Of a stretch of DNA of 64,000 bases, positions 14,856-26,302 are shown one piece after another; within the stretch, counting starts at the first letter, position 1; every line of letters starts with the position of its first letter. The position numbers and the translations under genes are program-made. The notes under the pieces were generated by a model. That model ran no database searches. It was not told where the DNA came from and saw nothing but the letters and a program-made list of their open reading frames with translations. The stretch is from Rhodosorus marinus CCMP1338 (lineage: Eukaryota > Plantae > Rhodophyta), in the NCBI GenBank assembly GCA_029953675.1, contig JAMWBK010000002.1, positions 3,162,001-3,226,000 on the forward strand, written 5' to 3'.

Positions 14856-15241
14856 AGGAGACTTAGTACACTGCTCAAAGTTTTTGACAAAACCATGTAT
14901 TTGTACTAAAATAGTACAAACAACATCATCGCACTATTTTTTTAGTACAATGTACTATTCTAATGGAAAGCAAGTTCCATCTTGGATTTTTTTTTTCGGT
15001 TGTTTTTAGGGATACCACGGTCGGGGGAGGGTTATCTAGTGTTCGGCTAAATGGATTGGGGCGGGTGGGAGCGATGTGGAACAAATTTTAGGAGTTGGAA
15101 AGAAGGACTGGATGAATATAAGTTTTCTGTGATTTACATGGCCATATATCTATGGATGAACTTATCTAGGATTTTGCGTTGTTTTTTTTCTTGAAGAGGT
15201 AATTCTGGTTGTTTCTTTTACTTTTTGTTTTGTTTTTGGAA

Positions 15242-17857
15242 ATGATGGATGAAAACAATCTGAATGAGGAGATTGACAGACTGAGCAATGAGTTGCTTGA
15301 GAAGTCTGATCTTCTGCGATCGATGAGGAGGGGTGAGGCGGAGCGATGTGATAGTGCGTCGATAGCGAGCGCGAAGACGGAGGTGAAGGACCTGAATAGG
15401 CGGCTGGGTTCCATGTTGCGGAGACGCGATGCCGGAGTCAAGAAGGACGAGGGCGTGTTTGATAGGGTCGGGACTGAGTCTCTGATGAAGAGGCGATTTT
15501 TTGTGACACCTTCGTTTGAGATTTATGGGTGAGTTCTTTGCGCGAGAAGATACACCAGTTCTCAGCCTGTGCACTTGTAGACTGTCTGGCTTCGAAGGCG
15601 CTGCGCTCGCTGATTGTGAAGTGCGTTTACTTCTTCCAGCGGCATCGCCGGCCTGTACGACTATGGCCCGCCGGGTTGTTCGGTTAAATCAAACCTGGTG
15701 CAGGTCTGGAAAAATCACTTTGTTGTCCAGGAGTCCATGCTGGAGATTGAAGGTACCTGTCTCACTCCCGAGCCAGTGCTGAAAGCCTCCGGCCACGTCG
15801 ATCGATTCACAGATCTGATGGTCAAGGATACGGAGACTCAAGAGTGCTATAGAGCAGATCATATTCTCAAAGTACGGAACTTGATCAAGATTTTCAGTTT
15901 TATGTGTTTCTGTTCTGAGAGATTTTCGGGTACATTTGACTTTTGGATGAGAACAGGCCCAGCTTGAGAAGATTATTGATGATCCAGCCACCGCAGAAGA
16001 CCGAAAAGAGGATGCAGAGGGTGTTTTGGCTGTACTCGATGAACTGGATGCTGATGATATGGATGAAGCGATTGCGTCATGGGACGTGAAAGCGACAGAG
16101 ACTGGGAACAAACTTTCAGCTGCTTTTCCTTTCAACTTGATGTTCGGAACGCAAATCGGTCCCTCTGGACTGGTGAAAGGTTTTCTGAGACCGGAGACCG
16201 CTCAGGGCATCTTCGTGAACTTCAAGCGTCTGCTCGACTTTAATAGATCACGGTTGCCGTTCGCCTGCGCACAGATTGGGTTATCATTTCGCAACGAAAT
16301 ATCTCCGCGCGCGGGTCTTCTTAGAGTTCGTGAGTTCATGCAGGCGGAGATCGAGCATTTCGTGCATCCCCAGAAGAAGAACCATGCAAAGTTCGATTCA
16401 GTCAAGGACTACTCTTTGGCTTTGTTCCCAAGGAGGCAGCAGCTGACGACCAGAACTACGGTGCAAATGACGATCGGAGAAGCGGTGGCAAATGGAATCA
16501 TTGACAATGAAACACTCGGTACGAGCCTTTACTTCCCCGCTTGAAGGTTTGATTGTTTGATTCGAACGCTAGCTCACACACAACAACCACTATCTACTCT
16601 GTTTTCCAGCTTTCTATATCGCGCGTACATCGATGTTCTGTGAAAAGGTCGGACTGAACAAGGAGCACATTCGCTTCAGGGAGCACCTTGAAAACGAAAT
16701 GGCTCATTACGCAACGGAATGCTGGGACCTTGAAGTCAATTGCTCTCATGGATGGATAGAGTGTGCTGGTCTGGCTGATCGATCGTGCTATGATCTTCAA
16801 AGCCACAGTGAATCATCAAAGATTGAACTATCAGCGCGAGAGATATACTCTGAGGTGAGCAGCTTGAGATTCACGAGCTGACCATTGTGGCTCTAGGGTC
16901 AAGTAGAATTGATCATATCTTGTGTGGCACTGGCTGTGCTTAGGTCAAATCTGTGGAGTTTCTGAAGGCGTTGCCCCAGAAGGGAGTTATGGGTAAGGCG
17001 TTTAAGAAGGATGCACAGCTGGTGATGAAAGCGTTGGAGGCGATGTCAGAGGACGAGGTGGCCGGTACTCAGAGTCAGTTTGATTCTGGCGCGGAGAGTG
17101 TATCGGTGAAGGTAGCAGACGGAAGGTCGTTCAGCGTGACCAAGGACATGATCTCCTATGAGAAGGGAATCAAGAAGGTACTGAACGTAGTGGAAAAAGT
17201 CGTATGGAGCCGAGTGTGGCTGAATCCTAACTCCATGATTCCGCTTTCAATCTCTTCGAAAATCAGGAAAGCGGTAGGAACTATTATCCATCCGTCATCG
17301 AACCATCGTTTGGGGTAGGGCGAATCCTATACTGCATATTCGAGCATTCGTACTACGTCCGTGAAGGAGATGACGAGGCCCGGGGGGTTCTGCGATTTCC
17401 TCCGATCGTTGCCCCAATTAAGGCGGCCGTCCTTCCGCTTTCAAAGAACGAGGTGTTTAATCCAATCGCCGCGAGAGTGGGGGAAGCTCTTGGGGCTTGT
17501 GGTCTTATTTACAGAATAGATGACACTGGCGCGTCTATTGGCAAGAGGTGTGTACAAAATCTCCATCTTTTCGACGCTCCAAACCAGCGTTTTGTTCTTA
17601 AGGAGTCTCAACATATGTTGGCACAAAAACACTCCAGGTACGCACGATTTGACGAACTTGGGACGCCGTTTGGCATCACCGTCGACTTTGACAGCGTGAA
17701 CGATTCAACGGTTACTCTCCGAGACCGGGATTCGATGAGGCAAGTTCGCGGTGACATTGACGGTATTGTGCAGAGCATATTCTCTATGGTCTCCGGGACC
17801 GCATCGTGGGGTGACGTGGAAAAGATCTTTCCCCCGTTCAGTGCTGCCGAGGAGTAG
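15242..17857 (+). CDS. GARS: Glycyl-tRNA synthetase, eukaryotic alpha2 type, with N-terminal WHEP-like helical domain
   Basis: [26 protein letters not shown] region, [90 protein letters not shown], and anticodon domain [19 protein letters not shown]. About 9 short introns. Confidence 0.96.
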
Positions 17858-18335
17858 AATAGGGGTTTCACAAAGCGAGTCCATAGTATTTTGTTTCCTC
17901 ATTCTTTTAGTTTGTAAACCATCGACGAATGCCCTGCTCCACCTCCGTCGAAAGAGAACACCTATTAGACATGCACCTGTCCATAGGCCGCTTGGACTGG
18001 GGTGAAGTGCTACAGAGGCAGTCGTTTCGAGCCCAACCTAGCAGAAATCAAAATTTCGCAGACGAGACGATCGCTCTGGAAAGATCGCCACAACACAAAT
18101 TCTAAACAAGACCGGCTGGCCTTCTAAGTATTAGCATGTAGAGCGTCGATGTGACGGTAGTTTTGAAACGCGAAAGCTGCAGTTCTTAATTCAATACTGG
18201 AGTGCCTTCATCTTGTTCGGAGTATCCTTCTCTCTGGTCGATGATCCTCTCCTCGTTCCGTAAGGTCTTCGCTTCTTCAAAACAAGTTCACCAATGAACG
18301 GAGTGGCTTTTTGGTTTAGGCCCTTCCCGTGCAGT

Positions 18336-19085
18336 TTAACCAAGTTTGCTGTACTTCTTCCGTGACGAGAACTTTCTGAACGCAGCAAACATCGTCAGCA
18401 CCAGCAGCTCAACTATAAAGAGGATGTACAATCCGGCTCGAAATCGTTGTCCACCAGATTTCTTAGACATGACGCTGAGTATTTCTCGACTCTTTAACCT
18501 GGAGGATGTCTGCTTCGACTTGATCGCATCAGCCAGTTTCACCACCCTGGCAATTAAACGCGTGGCCTAGAGAAAAGAAGGAGCGCTACATTTTAGCAAA
18601 GGTCATAGATAGTGGAAGCTGAAACGATCTGTATGTGTAGTTCATAATCATACTCGTTCCATATCGCCAGAAAGCTTTCCAGAAATCCCCTGCAGAGTGG
18701 TTTGAGCGTTTTTGAGTGACAACGCGGCTGAGTGAGTATTCTTCCCGGCGTTATTGCTCTTCAGAGATGTCATTAGCTCGCCTGTCATCCGATTCATCTG
18801 GCTGGTGAGCTTGTCCGTTTCGACATTGCTGCCGTCCATGGCACCAGACAAAAGCTCCTTCTTCATTTCCTCAACTTTCTGATTGACGACAGCAGCGACT
18901 TCTGCCGGGTCCATAGACTTGCCCTCCAAAGCGTCAACCACAGCTTTGAAGACATCGTTAGCCCTCTGCTCGCCGTACAGCTGTTTCACAGTATCCAGAA
19001 GGACTTGAGTCTGTTCAGTAGCGTCCGCTGCCGCAAGAACAAGGATGACACTAAACGCACACAACCACGCAGCTCTCCGCACCAT
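18336..19085 (-). CDS. Type-I membrane protein: signal peptide, helical/coiled-coil lumenal region, single TM helix, short basic tail
   Basis: MVRRAAWLCAFSVILVLAAA signal peptide. Intron 18567-18653 (GTATGA...CTAG, phase 0) joins DMER to ATRLIARVVKLAD. TM helix AGLYILFIVELLVLTMFAAF; tail RKFSSRKKYSKLG*. Confidence 0.75.
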
Positions 19086-19523
19086 TCCTTCTCAAGAACG
19101 AAAACCCCGGAAGACGCTCGCTCTCTCTCCCACTGCCAACAACGGGCAACCCACCTCCCCCCCGAACCTGGATCTAACACCCGACCAGTTCCGTAAACTC
19201 CCACTCCACACAGAACAAATCCAAACACACTCAAACAATCCAACCCGCGTCACAGATCTCAGATCGCCACCCAAGAAAAAGCACCAAAGACTCCGCCCAC
19301 TATCATTTCTCACCAAAAAATCCTATCTTACAACCCAGCCACCACCACCACCTACCCCTCACAACATCCTCCGCGCCCTATACAACCATCAAAAAGCCCA
19401 CCCAACCTTGCCTTTCTCCCCCAAAATCTCAATCCCCAGAACAAAACAAAAACCGCTTAGATATCCACAAATCAGTCACCTAATAACTTAAAACAAAACC
19501 CAAAAAGCCTAAAGAATGCTCTA

Positions 19524-19572
19524 CCTCCCTCCCTCCCTCCCTCCCTCCCTCCCTCCCTCCCTCTCTCTCTCT
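19524..19572. repeat. (CCCT)n/(CT)n microsatellite
   Basis: About 9 CCCT units followed by about 6 CT units. Confidence 0.95.
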
Positions 19573-19999
19573 ACCGTTCCAGTACACTCGCTCAGTCTTT
19601 TTTTTTTATCAAATCTTCGTCCCTCCATCCAAAACCTCCTTTTACTGGCACTCCCTCCCCCCCCCCCTTCAAACCACCCCCTCTTTACCCTCTTCCCGAA
19701 TCGGTAAAAAAAGGTCTTTCAACGACCATAGCAACAAAAATAAACAATCAATATGGCAATCGAAAACGATTAATAATGACTATAATCAATCTATAAATGT
19801 AATTGATTGATAGTACTATTTTTTTATTTTCTGGAGGATGTTCACTGTTTTGGGGATCTGGAGCGTTCAATAATGAATTTGTGAAGTTTTATGAGTGACA
19901 GGCTGTCCTGGGATTTTATTTTTTGGGGGGGGTGGGGGCAGCTGGGGTTGGTCGAAGTAGAGGGGGAAGATTAGAAGCGGATTTGGTCTACGGCTGTGA

Positions 20000-20513
20000 A
20001 TGAATGTGAGGAAGGCTTTGGTTCGTACTGGACGATACAATGTCCTGCGAAACTTAAGGAAAAGGACTTGGAGGCTGTGTTGTTCTGCAGGTAACCGTAG
20101 AGTTGCGATTTTTTAAGCCTCTTCCGCCAATTCAATGGTGAACTGCAAGCACTTTATGAGGAGTTTACATATCGACGTTAGCCTGGGCTTAGGTTAGCCT
20201 ATGATCTCCGTACACGATGAGTTTCTAAGGATAAATCTGCAGGAATCGACAAAGGCATTTACCTGATGCACTCCACGAACAAAGAGCTTCAGAAACAACC
20301 TTCGGGTTGGCCTAAATTCGACAGGCTGAGGAACACACTTCGTACAGTGTCTGTTTACTTTCAGAGTGGCTGCTGCTGACTTCCGAGGCTTTTGTGGCCC
20401 TCATCAGACACCGTGCGAGGAATTGCTCAGTCTGCCAGTTTGGCCCTCCGCCCTCCCCACCAGCCAACGAATTCCTACATCAGCTTGGATGGATATTTTT
20501 TGGATTGTTATAA
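20000..20513 (+). CDS. Possible small spliced hypothetical protein
   Basis: Basic presequence-like start MNVRKALVRTGRYNVLRNLRKRTWRLCCSA ending at a GTAACC donor, and a protein-like last exon after TTTCAG (EWLLLTSEAFVALIRHRARNCSVCQFGPPPSPPANEFLHQLGWIFFGLL*). Internal joins are not convincing. Confidence 0.22.
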
Positions 20514-20963
20514 TGACTAGATTCAGTCTGCAAAAATGTCATAAGATTGATTGATAAAGTGAAGTTTTATTTTTATTTTAAGATAGGGATTTGGATCGGT
20601 TAGGTCGCGGTCGGCTCAATCCCAAATTTGGATTGGTGCAGATTGGGGAAGATGGATGGTAGGGTTTGCGTTTGGAATGAATGGGGTGAGGTTTGAGGAG
20701 GGCTGGAAATTTGTTGATACTGGGCGTTTTGCTCCTAATGGAGAGTTCCGCCAGTTGATTTTGTTTGAAATCTGATTGTACAGATCCTTTAGTGCTCTGG
20801 ATTTTTCGGGGAGTACATGCGACGGTCTTGGATTTGAGTGAAATGGTTTGAAAGGTTATGACCGGGTCTGTTTTGCACGAAATGGACTAGTCGCGATTGT
20901 TTTTGAAGCATCGAAGGGATAGTCTGCTTCTAGATCTTGGATTCTAGGGTTTTTGACTCTCAG

Positions 20964-22389
20964 ATGATCTCGATTGAGGATAAGCTGTCCAAGCGCTTTC
21001 GTTCGGGAGGATGTGGAAATCTAAGTCCAGAGGAGACCGCGCCTCCTCCTTACTGGAAACCAGAAGCGGGCTTCGTTTCTTCCTTAAGATGGTTTGTGCA
21101 GGCGAGGCACCACGCCTGCACTGTCTGTGAGCTACGTTTTTCTCGGACAGAGTTTCATCCTCCAATGAGACCGAGAAACATCATTGACATACGAACGCAT
21201 GAAAGCTTTGCACGGGGTCATCTGCCGTACTCGACATCCATTCCTGCTGATGAGCTACAGGAGCGACTTTTGGAGATGCCTCCGCCTGTGGAGGATCCTT
21301 TGACTCTGCTGGGAGAATCCGAGGATCATATCTCCGCTGCGCAACAGCTTCTGGTTGAGAAAGGGTATGTTGAATCAGAGCGAGTTGCGAAAATACTTTT
21401 CGAAGATGACTAGCGCGACGTTGGGTGTCCTTACGCTTTCATCTCGTTCGTAACACTCTTGAACAGATGGGAGCTCAGTGCGGTCTTCAGTGAAGTCGAC
21501 GTGAGGGATGATCTTATATCAACGGACCCATCTGTCCAGTGCTGGAGGTGAGCGCAACAAGAGTGACCTAGGTTTGCATGAAGAACGTTCCCCGCTCAAG
21601 TGGCTTATGCACCTGTTTGTTTTTCAGGCCGAATGATTTTCTCGAATGTGTCATCGAGGAACTCAAGGATAGACTCCCTGCAGTGGGAGTAGCCATTGAC
21701 TATGGTTGTGGCTCCGGTCGTGACGTTGTTTATCTCGCACAGAGGTTGAAGGGCTGGAGGGTTATCGGCGTTGATAACCACTCTAATGCTCTTGCGCGGT
21801 GAGTCGAGCTCTCCCCTTTCCATGGACTAGTAGCTCAATCGAAGTGCTTAAAGAAATTCCCTCCTTTTTGAATCACTCAGCGCTGAGCGTCTTGCTCGAC
21901 GCTATGGAGTTGATGTCGAATTCATTTGCCAGGACTTGCGCAAGGATCCAAATCTTAACACAACGGCTGATCTAGTACATGGATGCAGATTCCTCAGCAG
22001 GCCACTTCTAGTCTACTGCAAGCACGAAGTACGAAACCGTACAGCTGGTTTGTCAAAGGCTCCTGATATCTCTTGCTCAGTCCAAATCTCTTACACTTTA
22101 CGCTTAGGTGCTCAAAGATGATGGATTGTTCGTCTGGTCCACATTCGCGGACGGCGTCGAGAATCCGGCGCCTCCGTATAGAACCAGTCGCAGGCTTGTG
22201 CAGGGAGAGTTGAAACGCCTGTTTCCTGATGAAGAGCTTGAGGAGATACACTACTCTCGAGGGACGTTAACCACTCGTCAGAAGCCCGTTCCAGCTGAGT
22301 TCTTCGCCGGTCGGAAGAAGCCTGCTAGGACTGAGGGAAACCCGGCTATCACCAACGCGTTGGAGACAGAGCGTCATGAGCGGGCGTGA
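20964..22389 (+). CDS. Rhodanese-like domain fused to a class I SAM-dependent methyltransferase (TehB-like)
   Basis: Rhodanese N-terminal signature IIDIRTHESFARGHLPYSTSIP...AAQQLLVEKGY; methyltransferase motif I AIDYGCGSGRD, post-I VIGVD, then DLRKD...ADLVHGCRFLSRPL and VLKDDGLFVWSTF. Several short introns. Confidence 0.8.
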
Positions 22390-23877
22390 ATATCCACATA
22401 GTACCTACTATTCCAAAGATGGCAAGAAGCCATGAAGTGCTTGCGTTGCCTTGACAGGACCCCCTCCTAAACGATGCATGAAGGCAGTCCTCGCCGGTTT
22501 AGTCAATCTCTACTTGTCCAAAATCCTAACTAGATAAAAGTCTAGTAGCTATTATGTTTGGAAAGGCTCCAATGCCATGAAGCAGAGCGGTCATCACGCC
22601 ACCTGATCTTGTGTTGTAGGAGAGCATCGACAGGTCATCCGGACTGAATCACGCTTTTTTCCTGATTCTATCGTCTGTATTCTCAGACTTTCTGGGGTGT
22701 GCACCCTCCAAATTTCGCGACTAGAGTCCACACTTCACGCTTGGATCTATCAGAACGACATGAGCAAAAGCTTCACCTCACGTTCTTAACAGTACGAATT
22801 GAGTAGCAGCTTTCTAATGATAGAGTTTCCGAAGTCATTAAGAGCACGCGCTGCAAACCCCTCCAAATGACGATTACAATGGCGCTAGTACGACTCTCGC
22901 TCGAGCCCGAACCGTGTATGAGGCTCCTAGCATCGCCTAGGGATCTTCACCCTCTTGACTACCTCAACAGAAGCTGTCTAAAGAAGCCTAAATTTTGCTT
23001 GACTGAAAGGTGAACTGCCAGGCAACCGCGGGGAGAATCTGCTGAATACTGTACACAACAGGAATCAGCCAAGGAAACTTGGACAACGACTAGCAGCGGA
23101 AGCGCAAAGCTGCAGGAACTACCCCCAAAAAGCAACATCAAGCTCTCTGTGGACCATCTGATACACCAACACTACATATATATCCGGAAAGATGAGACCA
23201 GGAACCAAAAAAAGAAGGTTTGGTGCCATCAAACCGCTCCATCGCCACGTCTCCATCCCCAACCTTTACACAACACACCAGTACTGGACACCGGCGAAAT
23301 CACTAGCTTAAGTGTCAAGATAAAATTCAGTCAAAATTATCCTAAATATAAAAAGTATTAATAAGATAAACTATAATTACGTTCTTGACTGAATAAATCA
23401 ACGACAATTAAAGTCATTTAGATCGATGAATAACTTTCATGTGACGTAATCCAGAAATTGAAATTTTGAACTTTTTTAAATGAATGTCGGAGAAGGCATT
23501 TCGAAACCGATTGGAGAGCCATTTTTTTAATGGACGAGAACGGTGACGACGAGAAATCGTCGATTTTGGTATTGTTTTGAAGGATTATTGGTTTTCGTGG
23601 TGGTGGCGGGTTGACAATGTGATTTGTGTGGTGGGAGGTGAGTGAAGATGGAATACGGCTTAGGGTTTCAGAGAGATTGTTGAGAGGGTTTGGATGCGGG
23701 CGGGGAAGGGTAGGTTTGTATGGTAGGATAAATGAACTGTTTGGTTCTTTTGAAGTAGAAACTTTTTGGGAGGGGGGTTTTTGGGTTTTGTTTGGTGGTG
23801 TCAGGTGGGGAACTGTAGGGTGATGGTGGTTTTTCTAGGGTGAACTTTTGGGTTTGTTTTGTTTTGTGTGGGGAGAT

Positions 23878-25907
23878 ATGGGGAGGGAATCTGGGTTTGT
23901 GTTTGGCGGTGGTGGGTTTTTTGGTCGTGGGGTTTTTGCTAGGAAATGCTCTTCCGCACGAGTGTTTGGGGTGAAGTCTGGATTCGAGTGTAGAACTCCG
24001 TCGAGGATCTACGCGGTTGCGGGAAATGGGGGTTCTGAGCCTGTTAAAAGTGTGTACACTGGTCAAGAGACCGGGCTCTCAGCGACTCCGAGATTAAGTA
24101 TGTTGTGCCTTAGGTGTTATCTCTGAAGGAAGGGGTTTGAGATCGCTCCCAGAACTAACCAGTCCTCCCCGTGATCTGATTTATTTGTTCTCCAGGCCCT
24201 GATAGGATTTTTGAGGGGATGCGAGGAGATATAAAGCGCAGATTACCTCATTATTGGAATGATTGGGCTGTTGGGTTCAACATGAAAAGCCTGTCGGCTA
24301 CGTTGTTTCTTTTCTTCGCGTGTTTTGCACCGGTAATCGCGTTCGGTGCACTAAGCTCTGTTCTAACTCAGGGCGCTCTCGGTGTAGTCGAGTTTATCAT
24401 CGCCGCTGGATTCTCGGGAGCTATCTACGCGATTTTCTGCGGCCAGCCTCTGACCATTATTGGACCGACTGGGCTCACGCTCGCGTTCACAGGTGCATTG
24501 TTCTCATACTGCCAGACTGTGGGCCTTGCGTTCCTTCCCATGTACGCCTGGACCGGGATATGGTCAAGCATCTTCCTCCTTATTCTCGGGGTGACGAACA
24601 GCTCCGACATTATCAAATTCTGCACCCGATTTACGGACGACGTTTTCAACTCCCTGATCGCGGTCACGTTTGTAACGGAAGCGCTGAAGGCAATGGCGAA
24701 CAATTTTCTCACCACCGGTGCAGACAAGACCGCTGCGTTCATGGCCTTGACAATCTCCCTAGGCACATTTCTTCTCGGACGATTTCTAGGAGACTTTCGA
24801 AAGAGCCGGTATCTCAGAAGATCGATTCGCACGTTCCTCTCCGATTTTGGACCTACTATCGCCATCGCAACGATGAGCGCCATCGCAGCTTTACCAGTTA
24901 TCGCAGCCATTGGATTACAACCCCTCACTGTACCCGCCTCTCTTGTCGTAAGTGATCACTCCTCCCCCCTAGGCTCAAATCCATCCACCACCAACGAAAC
25001 GAAGTGAAAAGTTGACTGGTTGTTTTCTTCATGTGGCGGTGCTTTTGCTAAACAGTTGGCAAACAACAGACCGTTTCTGGTTGATCTAATGGCCGTGCCT
25101 ATGGCTGCAAGGATAGCCGCCTCGATTCCAGCAGTGCTCTTGACCTGCTTATTTTTCCTGGATCAGAACATCACAGTTAGGGTGGTGAACTCGGCAAACC
25201 ACAGACTGAAGAAGGGAGACAGCTACCACCTGGACATATTCATTTTGGGAGTTATTAACTTGACGCTGTCGTTTGTGGGACTGCCGTGGATGTGTGCCGC
25301 TACCGTCCAGTCCCTGAACCACATTCGTGCTCTCGCATATGTGAAAACAGTTTCGGATCCAAATGATGCCAACGCAAACCCGCAGGAAGTGATTGATAGT
25401 GTTTTGGAGACCCGAACTTCTGGTTTCTTCATCCATTTGCTGATCTGTGCTTCAGTACTCATGCTGCCGCTTCTGAAAAGAGTACCACTCGCGGTGATTA
25501 CGGGGCTGTTCTTGTTCCTGGGTAGAAACATGATGACCGGCAACGAATTTCTTCGAAGGATCAAACTATTTTTCGTGGATCCAAAGCTATACCCAGAGAA
25601 CTCTCCGATCAGAAAATTGGGACCTCCTGTCGTCCACAGGTTCACTTCCATACAACTCGCCTGTCTGGCACTTCTCTGGACACTGAAGGCCAACCCGAAG
25701 ACGAGCTTGTTTTTTCCTTCGGTTATCGGTATGCTGATGGTTATCCGCTCCTTCTTCATCAGCCAAGTCTTTTCGAAGCAAGCTTTGCAGCTCCTGGACG
25801 GCGACTTTGACTACTCTGAGGAGAGCGAAAATTCACACCTTGAACTGTACGAAGGAGAACCACGTGACGAAGCGGGAGTCCAAACTTCTGCCGCGACTGC
25901 AAAGTAG
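23878..25907 (+). CDS. SLC4/BOR-family bicarbonate/borate transporter (TM domain only) with predicted plastid transit peptide
   Basis: GMRGDIKRRLPHYWNDW, ATLFLFFACFAPVIAFG, FCGQPLTIIGPTGL, IKFCTRFTDDVFNSLIA, FFLDQNIT, LKKGDSYHLD, GLPWMCAATVQSLNH, VLETRTSGF, VPLAVITGLFLFLG, HRFTSIQL, LFFPSVI. Intron 24098-24195 joins an N-terminal exon MGRESGFVFGGGGFFGRGVFARKCSSARVF in frame. Confidence 0.93.
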
Positions 25908-26302
25908 GAAACGACAAATCATCGCAGCCCCTAAGGAGAAAAAGGACAGCCAAACCTGCAACTTTCAACCTGGTTTCCGGTTTGCTTTGGTTTTTCGGGT
26001 GATAGCTTTATGTGCTTGACTCCTCGGCCTAGTCGCTTAGCGAGCAAGACCATAGGAAACGTAGCAGACGGTATCAAAGCCCAGCCTACCCACAGGAAAC
26101 TTGGTAAGTGCGGTGGGCGACCAGGAGTTGTTATATTTGAGTGTCGAATAAAAATTTATACCATTTCTTTTCTATGCGAGAATCTTCCGCCGGCGTTCGT
26201 TTCTTCGCGTTGCTATGTGCAGTTCCTTTTCCCTCCTCAGCTGGGAGATACGCTAAGGGCGTTTTCCAAAGCAAATTATGCTTGCAGACTCTTTCGGGGT
26301 TT

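Noticed and set aside
22959-23266. Short hydrophobic minus-strand ORFs upstream of the SLC4 gene
   Set aside because: No consistent splice model or motif; could be UTR or intergenic DNA.
24263-24955. 230-aa alternative-frame ORF inside the SLC4 gene
   Set aside because: It overlaps a strongly conserved reading frame on the same strand, has no ATG start and no recognisable motifs; a shadow ORF.
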